From Pseudomonadota bacterium (GTDB lineage: Bacteria; Pseudomonadota; Gammaproteobacteria; Pseudomonadales; Halieaceae): a stretch of 64,000 nt of DNA. The notes under the pieces are model-generated. The model did not search any database. It saw only the letters and a list, made by a program, of their open reading frames with translations, and was not told the origin of the DNA. The DNA lies in the NCBI GenBank assembly GCA_039025905.1, contig JBCCNJ010000003.1, forward strand, positions 11,505 to 75,504. Direction: 5' to 3'. Both the position numbers and the translations under genes were made by a program. Below, piece after piece: positions 36,072 through 44,526 of the stretch (positions within the stretch are counted from its first letter, which is position 1; each line of letters opens with the position of its first letter).

Positions 36072-37214
36072 TTATTCTCCCCCTTCCATAATTTTTTTGA
36101 TGGTTTCGTTCACGACCTCACCCCCGTGGGTAATGATGCAGCCGGGCAAAATATCGTCTTCAAAGTCCACCACAAACTGTTTATCGTCGTGGCTCCAGTT
36201 ATCTTCTACCAGGCTGAAAAGGTTGGAGGAGTACATTTGACTGGCGTCGCGTGCCACTTCCCCGGCTAAATTGCCCATACCAATAATGGTCACACCGCCA
36301 ACCTTGACGATTTCGTTGGGCACCGAGCCCTCCACATTACCGCCCGTCTCTGCGGCCATATCGACAATCACCGAACCGGGCGCCATCCCCTCGATCATAT
36401 CGGCTGTCACCAGCACGGGGGGTTTGCGACCAAATACCTGTGCTGTTGTGATGACCACATCCGATTTGGCAATGACCTCTTTTTGGGCCTGACGCTGAAT
36501 CTCAACCTGCTCCGGAGTCAGCTCTTTGGCATAGCCGTCTTTGGTCTGTCCAGTCTCACCCAGGTCAATCTCTAAGAATTTCGCTCCCACGGAATGCACC
36601 TGCTCGGCAACCACCGACCGGGTGTCGAAGGCAGTGACCTTCGCACCAAGGCGCTTGGCCGTGGCGATGGCTTGTAGTCCCGCGACGCCCGCACCAATCA
36701 CAAACACGTTAGCCGGCTTTAGCGTACCGGCAGGCGTCATCATCATCGGAAAGATGCGCGGCAGGTGATCGGCAGCCTTCAAGACCATGACATAGCCCGC
36801 CAGATTTGCCTGAGAACTCAAGGCGTCCATCTTCTGGCTGCGGGTGGAGCGAGGAATCATTTCCATGCTGATCGCAGTGACACCGGCGGCTTTGAACGCC
36901 TCGACCAGTTCGCGCTCGTTAAACGGATCCAGATAGCTAACGTGGATGCAGCCTGACGGCATGAGGCCGATCTCGTCTTTGCTGGGTTTACGCAAACGCA
37001 ACAAGATATCGGCGGAGCGAATTAGCGCCTCTCGATCCGTGCTGACCGCGGCACCGGCCGCCGCATACTCATCGTCAGTGAATCCCGCACCTTCGCCCAG
37101 GCTTGCCTCAACGGTAACATCAGCGCCCATACGACATAGTTTCTTTACTGTGTCAGGTATGATCGGGACGCGATTTTCTCCGGGATGAACTTCCTTGGGA
37201 ATGGCGATACGCAT
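36072..37214 (-). CDS. pntAA: NAD(P) transhydrogenase subunit alpha part 1 (dI, NAD(H)-binding)
   Basis: Trimmed from 37265 to ATG 37214 (MRIAIPKEVHPGENRV...). Alanine-dehydrogenase-like fold with VIGAGVAGLQAIATAKRLGA. Confidence 0.95.
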   Translation of the reverse strand: MRIAIPKEVHPGENRVPIIPDTVKKLCRMGADVTVEASLGEGAGFTDDEYAAAGAAVSTDREALIRSADILLRLRKPSKDEIGLMPSGCIHVSYLDPFNERELVEAFKAAGVTAISMEMIPRSTRSQKMDALSSQANLAGYVMVLKAADHLPRIFPMMMTPAGTLKPANVFVIGAGVAGLQAIATAKRLGAKVTAFDTRSVVAEQVHSVGAKFLEIDLGETGQTKDGYAKELTPEQVEIQRQAQKEVIAKSDVVITTAQVFGRKPPVLVTADMIEGMAPGSVIVDMAAETGGNVEGSVPNEIVKVGGVTIIGMGNLAGEVARDASQMYSSNLFSLVEDNWSHDDKQFVVDFEDDILPGCIITHGGEVVNETIKKIMEGGE

Positions 37215-37471
37215 TGTGATTATTATCTCCCTGCTTGTTTGGATCGTATCGGCGCCTGCAGGCACTATAGATGACCTACTACCTCGCTGACCATGATGAT
37301 ACTGTTCGTAGTTTGAAGGCTTTTATTGGTGCCCTGTTGTTAGGCAGCGGCGCACTTTATCACAGCATGAATTAAGGTTGAACAATGGGGAATATTCACA
37401 GGATGAATACGAGGAGCGAACTCTGAGTGTGGGTCTTCGTTAGGCTTGTTACAGATCCGTGCTGAGCATTC

Positions 37472-37493
37472 GGGCGCGAGTCGTTCCGCGCCC
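37472..37493 (-). terminator. GC-rich hairpin just downstream of chrR (weak candidate terminator)
   Basis: GGGCGCG / CGCGCCC forms a 7-bp stem with an 8-nt loop, 7 nt after the chrR stop. No U-tract follows on the minus strand. Confidence 0.3.
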
Positions 37494-37499
37494 AGCGTG

Positions 37500-38162
37500 C
37501 TAACCCGCAGACAGCTGCAGAAACGGGTTCATCCAGCGATATTTCCAGCCCGTAAACTTCAAAGGTGCATCCAATACTGCTAGACATATACAGTCTTCCG
37601 ACTGTACAGCCGTGGGCGCATGGGCATCACCTGGCTCTCGCATGATGAAATCACCTTCGTGATAGGAGCCGTCGGCATCTGAAAAGCCACCTTCAAGCAC
37701 TAACGTCATCTCAGCACCGCGGTGTGAATGCTCGGGGATTTTTCCACCAGCTTTGATGTGGTAGAGAGCAAACTCATAGTTGGGATCGCCCGTCTTTAGA
37801 TAGCTGATGCTCAAAGAGCTAGTGATTTTCTTCCACACCAAGTCTGTGTAGTCGCCGTTCATCAAGCGCTGCAAGATGGCTGGTGTTTTACCTATGGCGG
37901 AGGCGTGGTCTTGTGACCCAACATAGCTCAACGGCGCTTCATCGTCGAGTTGCCCAAGCACACTGTTTAGCACCGATTCACTAACGGCCTCACCTTGCAA
38001 GCCCTCAAAAAGTGATGCGCCTACGTCCTGTAGCTGGCTCACAGTGCGACGACACTGCTCGCAATAGCTCATGTGGACTGATACGCATGCGGCCTGTGCT
38101 AGCGGCAGCGTGCCAGCGGCGTATTCGGTTAACAAGTCTAAGTCTGGATGATATTTAGCCAT
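37500..38162 (-). CDS. chrR: Anti-sigma factor ChrR (zinc-binding ZAS N-domain + C-terminal cupin)
   Basis: 220 aa. ZAS motif H-x3-C-x2-C (VHMSYCEQC). C-terminal cupin (HSHRGAEMTLVLEGGFSD). The start lies 4 nt downstream of the ECF sigma gene stop. Confidence 0.88.
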   Translation of the reverse strand: MAKYHPDLDLLTEYAAGTLPLAQAACVSVHMSYCEQCRRTVSQLQDVGASLFEGLQGEAVSESVLNSVLGQLDDEAPLSYVGSQDHASAIGKTPAILQRLMNGDYTDLVWKKITSSLSISYLKTGDPNYEFALYHIKAGGKIPEHSHRGAEMTLVLEGGFSDADGSYHEGDFIMREPGDAHAPTAVQSEDCICLAVLDAPLKFTGWKYRWMNPFLQLSAG

Positions 38163-38166
38163 GATT

Positions 38167-38769
38167 CTAACGATCTATCTGTATCTGAAGTTTCTGGATT
38201 GCCAACCTAACCCTGGACTTGACAGTACCTAGGGGCAGGTCGAGTTCATTGGCGGCCTCGGCATGGGATTTTCCTTCCATATATACTTTGGCCAGAATCT
38301 GCATCTGATCAGGAGGCAGTGTACTCATCATTTTACGTATGCTCTCGCGGCTGCGACGATCTTGCAGCATCGCCAGCGGCTCCTCGCTGTTCCCTTGCTC
38401 GGGCATGACGTCTTCCTCTGACAGTGGTGTATCGAACTTTTGTAGTCGTCTGAACATGTCAGTGCGGCAATTTCGAGCAATTGTATACACCCAGGTGCTA
38501 GCGGCCGCCTTTTCAGGATTAAAACCGCCCGCTTTCTGCCATACCTTCAACATGACTTCCTGAACTAACTCGTCGGCAAGAGAGGCAGAGAGGCTCGAGC
38601 CAGCAAGCGCAAAGGCTTTAATGAGCGGCGCAAAATGTCGGAAAAAACGAGTAAAAGCAGCTCGGTCTTCGTTTTTCGCAATCAGCTGCAAACATTCGCT
38701 CCACTCATCGGTCCTTCTTCCAGCGCTGCCGCCATTGTAAGTGCTTGAAAACTTTAAAGTATTTTCCAC
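38167..38769 (-). CDS. ECF-family RNA polymerase sigma factor (RpoE/ChrR-group)
   Basis: 200 aa with a GTG start. Sigma-70 region 2 (ELVQEVMLKVWQKAGGFNPEKAAASTWVYTIARN) and region 4 HTH (YMEGKSHAEAANELDLPLGTVKSRV). Co-transcribed with chrR. Confidence 0.9.
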   Translation of the reverse strand: MENTLKFSSTYNGGSAGRRTDEWSECLQLIAKNEDRAAFTRFFRHFAPLIKAFALAGSSLSASLADELVQEVMLKVWQKAGGFNPEKAAASTWVYTIARNCRTDMFRRLQKFDTPLSEEDVMPEQGNSEEPLAMLQDRRSRESIRKMMSTLPPDQMQILAKVYMEGKSHAEAANELDLPLGTVKSRVRLAIQKLQIQIDR

Positions 38770-38801
38770 CTAACACGTTCCACTTTTTCTACTTAGCGAT
38801 A

Positions 38802-38829
38802 TATACGCTCTCTGCAGTAGTGCAGATCA
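38802..38829 (-). promoter_or_regulatory. Candidate ECF-type autoregulated promoter of the sigma/chrR operon
   Basis: Minus strand reads TGATCT-N16-CGTATA, about 33 nt upstream of the GTG start. It has the same architecture as the divergent site at 38872-38899. Confidence 0.4.
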
Positions 38830-38871
38830 CACCGTAATGGTATAAAAAACCTCGTAGCGTAAGAGGCTACC

Positions 38872-38899
38872 AGATCCGATCCCAAGCCGGCGGCGTAAT
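38872..38899 (+). promoter_or_regulatory. Candidate ECF-type promoter of the FAD-oxidoreductase/DUF1365/cfa-like operon
   Basis: Plus strand reads AGATCC-N16-CGTAAT, 33 nt upstream of ATG 38932. The GATCC element is duplicated in tandem (GATCCGATCC). Confidence 0.4.
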
Positions 38900-38931
38900 A
38901 TTGACGAATAGCAACCCCGAGTGCGCCTGAC

Positions 38932-40221
38932 ATGTCGGGTTCCCTAATGGAGACAAAGCCTTTGAGAATTGCCGTCATCGGATCAGGCATCTCTGGACTG
39001 AGCTGTGCCCACTATCTCAGTACTCACCATGAGGTGTCAGTATTTGAAGCCAATAAACAGGTGGGTGGTCACACCGCAACCGTCGATGTCAAACTCGGCA
39101 CACGCAAATACGCCATCGACACCGGTTTTATTGTCTTTAATGATTGGACGTATCCTAACTTTATTGAGCTGATGGACAGCTTAGGCGTCCCGAGCAAGCC
39201 CACTTCCATGGGTTTTAGCGTACGCGATGACGAGACAGGCCTGGAATATTCCGGGACCAATCTCGACACACTTTTTGCTCAACGCTCCAACCTGGTCTCA
39301 TGGCGCTTCCTGACCATGGTGCGCGACATTCTCCGCTTCAATAAAGAGTCTGTCAGAGACCTCGAGAACGGAAGCGTGCGCGACAGTGAAACCTTGGGAG
39401 AATACCTCGATCGTCACCACTACAGTGACGCCTTCAAGCGGCAGTATTTAATCGCGATGGGATCGGCTATCTGGTCGGCAGACGCTGCGACGGTCATGGA
39501 ATTCCCGCTGAGCTTTTTCCTGCGCTTCTTCCGCAATCATGGGCTTCTGTCTGTATCTGATCGCCCTCAGTGGCGGGTCATAGAAGGTGGCTCAAGAGAG
39601 TACCTGCGGCCTCTGTGCCAGCGCTTTGAAGACCGGATCTACACCAACTGCGGAGTGAAAATGATCAGACGGCAGGGCAATCAGGCCACGCTGTTTTTGC
39701 TCGACGGTCGCGAACTTCATTTCGATCAGGTTGTGTTGGCCACCCATTCGGACCAGGCTTTGGCTTTATTGGAAGAACCCAGCCCCGCTGAGCGTGATAT
39801 TTTGGGAGCGCTCCCATACCAGGCAAACGAAGTCATTTTGCACACCGACACCCGCCTGTTGCCAAAGAACCGCAAAACCTGGTCCAGCTGGAACTATTCA
39901 TTGGGTAGTGATCAGCAACGCGCCGTAGTGACGTACAACATGAACATTTTGCAAGGGATCACCGCGCCCGAAACGTTTTGTGTCACGCTCAACAATACCG
40001 CCGCCATTAACCCGGTGAAGATATTCGGCCGGTTCAATTTCGACCATCCGGTGTTTTCACTCGGGGGTATTGCAGCCCAGCAGCGGTGGCAGGAGATCAA
40101 CGGCCAGCGAAACACCTGGTTCTGCGGTGCATACTGGCGCAACGGTTTCCACGAAGATGGCGTTTTCAGCGCCCTGCGAGTGGCTGAAGCGCTCAATCAA
40201 CAACATCGGGCCGCCGCGTGA
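38932..40221 (+). CDS. FAD-dependent oxidoreductase (amine-oxidase/phytoene-desaturase fold; UfaD-like fatty-acyl desaturase candidate)
   Basis: 429 aa. N-terminal dinucleotide fold RIAVIGSGISGLSCAHYL...VFEA...GGH. An alternative start exists at ATG 38947. First gene of a 3-gene operon with 4-nt overlaps. Confidence 0.8.
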   Translation: MSGSLMETKPLRIAVIGSGISGLSCAHYLSTHHEVSVFEANKQVGGHTATVDVKLGTRKYAIDTGFIVFNDWTYPNFIELMDSLGVPSKPTSMGFSVRDDETGLEYSGTNLDTLFAQRSNLVSWRFLTMVRDILRFNKESVRDLENGSVRDSETLGEYLDRHHYSDAFKRQYLIAMGSAIWSADAATVMEFPLSFFLRFFRNHGLLSVSDRPQWRVIEGGSREYLRPLCQRFEDRIYTNCGVKMIRRQGNQATLFLLDGRELHFDQVVLATHSDQALALLEEPSPAERDILGALPYQANEVILHTDTRLLPKNRKTWSSWNYSLGSDQQRAVVTYNMNILQGITAPETFCVTLNNTAAINPVKIFGRFNFDHPVFSLGGIAAQQRWQEINGQRNTWFCGAYWRNGFHEDGVFSALRVAEALNQQHRAAA

Positions 40222-40979
40222 GATCCAAGCTTTACGAGGGTGTGGTAAGGCACAGGCGTCTAAGCCCGCGCCAGCACGAATTCAGCTACAGAGTATTCAT
40301 GCCATATCTCTGCCTGGACGAGCTCCCTGAGCTGTTCGATTCGCATCCACTTTGGTCAGCCAGGGGCAGAGCGCTGGCTCGCTTTGACCGCAGGGACTTT
40401 TTAGGTGATCCCGACATTCCCTTAGTAGATGAAGTCAGACGCCGCATTCGTGAAGAAACCGGTATCGAGCACACCGGGCCAATCTATCTATTGGCCAATA
40501 TGCGGTATTTCGGTGTCGCGATGAATCCGATAGCCTGTTACTACTGTTTTGACGAGAGCGAAACGCAGCTCGAGTATCTGGTGGCGGAGGTCAACAATAC
40601 GCCTTGGAATGAACGCCACAGCTATGTCCTGCCAGGGCCACAACAGGGTAAATGGCTGAAAACCGAGTTTGAAAAAGCGTTTCATGTGTCGCCCTTCAAT
40701 CCTATGGACATGCGCTACCACTGGCGGAGCAGCACGCCAGACAAGCGTCTCGTGCTGCATTTAGCCAATACTCAAGGCGGTGACAGAGTGTTTGACGCCA
40801 GCTTATCACTTGCGGCCAAGCCTCTAACCGCCACCAATCTCAACCGAACGCTGTGGCGCTACCCGATGATCACTGCCAAAATTGCACTGGCAATTTACTG
40901 GCAAGCCTTCAGGCTCTTTTTGAAAGGCGTACCTTTCTATTCGCACCCAAATAGCAAACCCTCCGGAGCAGAAACATGA
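40218..40979 (+). CDS. DUF1365-family protein (UfaO-like candidate)
   Basis: 253 aa. LYEGVVRHRRLSPRQHEFSYRVFM N-terminus and YLLANMRYFGVAMNPIACYYCF are as I recall for DUF1365. Overlaps both neighbours by 4 nt. Confidence 0.7.
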   Translation: MRSKLYEGVVRHRRLSPRQHEFSYRVFMPYLCLDELPELFDSHPLWSARGRALARFDRRDFLGDPDIPLVDEVRRRIREETGIEHTGPIYLLANMRYFGVAMNPIACYYCFDESETQLEYLVAEVNNTPWNERHSYVLPGPQQGKWLKTEFEKAFHVSPFNPMDMRYHWRSSTPDKRLVLHLANTQGGDRVFDASLSLAAKPLTATNLNRTLWRYPMITAKIALAIYWQAFRLFLKGVPFYSHPNSKPSGAET

Positions 40980-42244
40980 GTAACCCAAGCGACTTGACTG
41001 CCAGCCAGGTCGAACTAGCACAGTCGAGCTCTCGCCTACCCGTCAAAACCCAGCTTGCCAGGCGCGTGTGTTTGAAATTGCTCGCCAAGCTAAAAGTCGG
41101 CAGCCTGACGATCTACGACGGTGAAGATACATTCCACTTCGGCACCAGCGGCAATCCCACACAGCCCCAAGCAGAAATTCATGTGCATGATCGAGTCGTT
41201 TATCGGCAAGTGATTGCCGGTGGCAGCATCGCGAGCGGCGAGGCCTACATGGCCGGAAGCTGGACATCACCTAACCTGGTAGAGGTCACGCGACTGTTCA
41301 GCGCTAATATGGCCACGTTGGACCTACTGGAGTCCAAGCAATCCTGGCCTGTACGCTTGGGCTTAAAGCTGTCTCACGCGCTAAAGCGAAATACCCACGA
41401 GGGGTCCAAGAAGAACATCTCGGCACATTATGATCTTGGTAATGATTTCTTCGAACTCTTCCTTGACCCCAAAATGATGTACTCCGCCGCCGTTTTTGAG
41501 ACTGATACAACCGGCCTGGATGAAGCATCCGTGACGAAGCTCGATGAGCTGTGCCGACAGCTTGAACTATCTCCCTCCGACCACCTTCTAGAGATTGGTA
41601 CTGGCTGGGGTGGCATGGCAATCCATGCCGCACGGGAGCGCGGATGCCAGGTGACCACAACAACGATTTCGCAAGAGCAGTATGAATACACCAAGGCCCG
41701 CGTAGAACAACTCGGATTGGAAGACAAGATTACAGTCCTGTGCAAAGACTACAGGGAGCTTGAGGGAACGTATGACAAGCTGGTGTCTATCGAGATGATA
41801 GAAGCAGTGGGACATGCCTTTTACAGCACGTACTTCAGCAAGTGCAGCGAGCTCCTGAAGCCAAACGGCAAAATGGTGATACAAGCGATCACGATCGCAG
41901 ATCAGCGCTTTGAATCTGCACGCGACTCCGTCGACTTTATCCAGCGCTATATTTTCCCCGGTGGCAGCCTACCCTCAATGTCCGTCATCGCCGACCATAT
42001 CGCTCGCAATACCGATATGCAGATTGTGCACTTGCGCGATATCACTCGCGACTATGCGCTAACGCTATCGACTTGGCGCAAGCGCTTTATGGATGCGCAA
42101 GATAAAGTTCTGGCAATGAACTTCGATCAGCGCTTCCTAAACATGTGGGAATTCTACCTGGCATATTGCGAGGGGGGTTTTCGTGAGCGCATCATCAGCA
42201 CCGTCCAGTTGGCATTCGCCAAGCCAGGTTATCGCTTCGATTGA
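40976..42244 (+). CDS. Cyclopropane-fatty-acyl-phospholipid synthase-family SAM methyltransferase (Cfa/UfaM-like)
   Basis: 422 aa. NISAHYDLGNDFFELFLD, SAM motif LLEIGTGWGGMAI, and C-terminal WEFYLAYCEGGF are all CFA-synthase family signatures. Confidence 0.9.
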   Translation: MSNPSDLTASQVELAQSSSRLPVKTQLARRVCLKLLAKLKVGSLTIYDGEDTFHFGTSGNPTQPQAEIHVHDRVVYRQVIAGGSIASGEAYMAGSWTSPNLVEVTRLFSANMATLDLLESKQSWPVRLGLKLSHALKRNTHEGSKKNISAHYDLGNDFFELFLDPKMMYSAAVFETDTTGLDEASVTKLDELCRQLELSPSDHLLEIGTGWGGMAIHAARERGCQVTTTTISQEQYEYTKARVEQLGLEDKITVLCKDYRELEGTYDKLVSIEMIEAVGHAFYSTYFSKCSELLKPNGKMVIQAITIADQRFESARDSVDFIQRYIFPGGSLPSMSVIADHIARNTDMQIVHLRDITRDYALTLSTWRKRFMDAQDKVLAMNFDQRFLNMWEFYLAYCEGGFRERIISTVQLAFAKPGYRFD

Positions 42245-44526
42245 GCACCTTCCCAACTGCGATAGCTCCACCACGGCGGCAGTAGCTCGCGATACTGGCG
42301 CTCCCCATAGCGACTATCCACTAGTAGTGCTCGACCAGTGTCCTCTACCGTTCTAATAACTCTGCCCAGAGCCTGGTCCACCTTCTGCATGCCCGGATAC
42401 AGGTAGGCGAATTCAAAACCTGCTCCCTGTTGTTGCTGATACCAGTTCTGCAGCTGCTGCGTATCACGGTTGAACTGCGGTAAGCCTACGCCAACGATCA
42501 CCACGCTTCGCAGCAAGTCGCCAGGTAGATCTATACCTTCGCCAAAGATACCGCCGAGAATACAAAACGCCGCCAGATCGCGATGTTGGGTCAGCAATTC
42601 AGGCAACTGTGTCTGACCTTGATCACGCTGCTGCACCCAATAATTAGGTCGAATTTTCTCAAGACCACGCTGTTTAAGTTGATCCAGGCAGTCCTGCAAA
42701 TAGCGGTAGGAAGGAAAGTAAATGATGCAGTTCTCACCTTCTAGAGACAGCCAGTCCATTATCGTGGCACCCAACAGTGGCAAAGACTGTTCGCGCTGGC
42801 GAAATCGCGTGCTGATGTGCGTAGCCAGATAAACTTCCAGCTGCTCTTGCTGAAACGGGGAGTCCACTCTGCGAAACACCGCCTCGTTGTCCAGACCCAA
42901 AGAGTGGCGGGTCCAACTGGAGGGCGAAAGGGTCGCTGAGAATGCGGTAACAGAATGCAGTACTTTCTGCCTTGCAGCTAATAGCCTGGCAGGGTCGAGA
43001 CAGTTAATAGTGATCTTTAAACTCTGACTTCCAGCCGCCCGACTAAGTTCACAGCGAAAATCGACATCCCAGTGGTCCGCCAATCGTAGAAACTGAATCG
43101 CGCTAAAATAGAAATCCAACAGCTTCGGCCTACCATGTAAGGCGCCAGCCTCGGCGGCCATCGCATCACCTGCGGCTGCAACAAAGTTAGTTAGTGCTCG
43201 CAGAAGCCTAGCCGGAACATGCTCTAAGGACTCGTATTCCGGTGACGCCCACTGCTGACGCTGCATCTCGAGAAGGACACGGTTAATTCGATTCAGTGCG
43301 GACGCTAAACAACGCGGTGCAGCCCGGCGTGCTGCCATCAACTCTGCCTTAGCTATTTCGGCGCGAAACAGTTTCCTCGCTCTGAAAGGCAGGTTATGGG
43401 CTTCATCCAGCAACACGCTCCAACGATGGTTACCCTGCTCGACCAACGATCCTATCGTTGCCGTCAGACTGTATAAATAGTGAATATCTGCAATCACCAG
43501 GTCTACCCAGGGCAGCAAATCCAGCGACAACTGATAGGGGCAAATGTCGAAACGTTTTGCCAGTGATTCAATATCGCTCCGATACAGAGTAGGTGATTCC
43601 GTAGCAGCCCATAGCGCCTGCGGCAAACGATCATAGTATCCGCGCGCGTATCGACAGTCGTCGCCATGACAGGCTTTGCCCGGTGAAAAGCAGATTCGCT
43701 CTTTTGCACTCACACTGAGCGTTCGTAGGCGTAGACCAGCATCTTGAAAGCGCTCAAGGGTGGACTCCACAGCGCGCCGTCCGACTGTCTTGGCGGTGGC
43801 GAATACGATGCGATCATGTTTATCCGTTGCCAGCGCTTTGAGTGCTGGATATAAAACAGCTGCCGTTTTACCGATGCCAGTGGGCGCCTCTATCAACAAC
43901 TCACCAGCCTGATCAATACACTTATAAACCAGCTCGGCGATCTCCCTCTGGCCTTTTCTGAATTCACCTAACGGAAATGCGAGTGCTGTAATCCGCCGAT
44001 CGCGCTGTTCGCGATGCGCGGCTAGGCTTGCGATCCACTGGGAAAACTGAGCCAAGGAGGCGTCCAAAAAAGCCTCTAACTCCGTCCGCAAAAGATATTC
44101 GTCCAGGCTGTTCTGCTCCTTGGAATCAATATTGAACCAGGTCAGCCTGACGTTTAGGGCTGGCAGATCGTGTTCGATTGCAATCATTGCAGCGTATAGC
44201 CGTGCCTGAGCTAAATGCATTTGGCTGAGAGTTGCGGGTATCAAATGCGCCCGTACCCGGCAGGTTTTAATCTCCTCCACCAGTCCGGCGCAGGGATCAA
44301 ATCCATCCGCCCTGCCAACCAGTTTGACAACGCAGTTCTCTTGACGGTGAACATACTGCACCGAGTACTCGCTCAAGTAGCTGTCTGCGCGATCTGCATA
44401 GACCTCCTGATGGCCAGCAATGCCCTCTACGGCACTGGGTGAAGGCTTATATCGGTAATCAATATCGCCCCGGCGATGGCAGAAGGAGACCAGTTCACCC
44501 ACGCTCAATTTGAATTCAGTTTGCAT
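42229..44526 (-). CDS. Fusion protein: N-terminal PD-(D/E)XK (RecB/Cas4-like) nuclease + XPD/DinG/FANCJ-type Fe-S DNA helicase
   Basis: Trimmed from 44640 to ATG 44526 (MQTEFKLSVGELVSF...). Nuclease motifs GRADGF, VEEIKT (ExK) and QARLY (QxxxY). Helicase Walker A EAPTGIGKT and DEAHNL. Four Cys lie between them (RICF, KACH, DDCRY, DICPY), which is the XPD-type 4Fe-4S domain. Motifs V/VI are GGIFGEGIDLPG and QALGRVIR. Confidence 0.85.
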   Translation of the reverse strand: MQTEFKLSVGELVSFCHRRGDIDYRYKPSPSAVEGIAGHQEVYADRADSYLSEYSVQYVHRQENCVVKLVGRADGFDPCAGLVEEIKTCRVRAHLIPATLSQMHLAQARLYAAMIAIEHDLPALNVRLTWFNIDSKEQNSLDEYLLRTELEAFLDASLAQFSQWIASLAAHREQRDRRITALAFPLGEFRKGQREIAELVYKCIDQAGELLIEAPTGIGKTAAVLYPALKALATDKHDRIVFATAKTVGRRAVESTLERFQDAGLRLRTLSVSAKERICFSPGKACHGDDCRYARGYYDRLPQALWAATESPTLYRSDIESLAKRFDICPYQLSLDLLPWVDLVIADIHYLYSLTATIGSLVEQGNHRWSVLLDEAHNLPFRARKLFRAEIAKAELMAARRAAPRCLASALNRINRVLLEMQRQQWASPEYESLEHVPARLLRALTNFVAAAGDAMAAEAGALHGRPKLLDFYFSAIQFLRLADHWDVDFRCELSRAAGSQSLKITINCLDPARLLAARQKVLHSVTAFSATLSPSSWTRHSLGLDNEAVFRRVDSPFQQEQLEVYLATHISTRFRQREQSLPLLGATIMDWLSLEGENCIIYFPSYRYLQDCLDQLKQRGLEKIRPNYWVQQRDQGQTQLPELLTQHRDLAAFCILGGIFGEGIDLPGDLLRSVVIVGVGLPQFNRDTQQLQNWYQQQQGAGFEFAYLYPGMQKVDQALGRVIRTVEDTGRALLVDSRYGERQYRELLPPWWSYRSWEGAQSKR

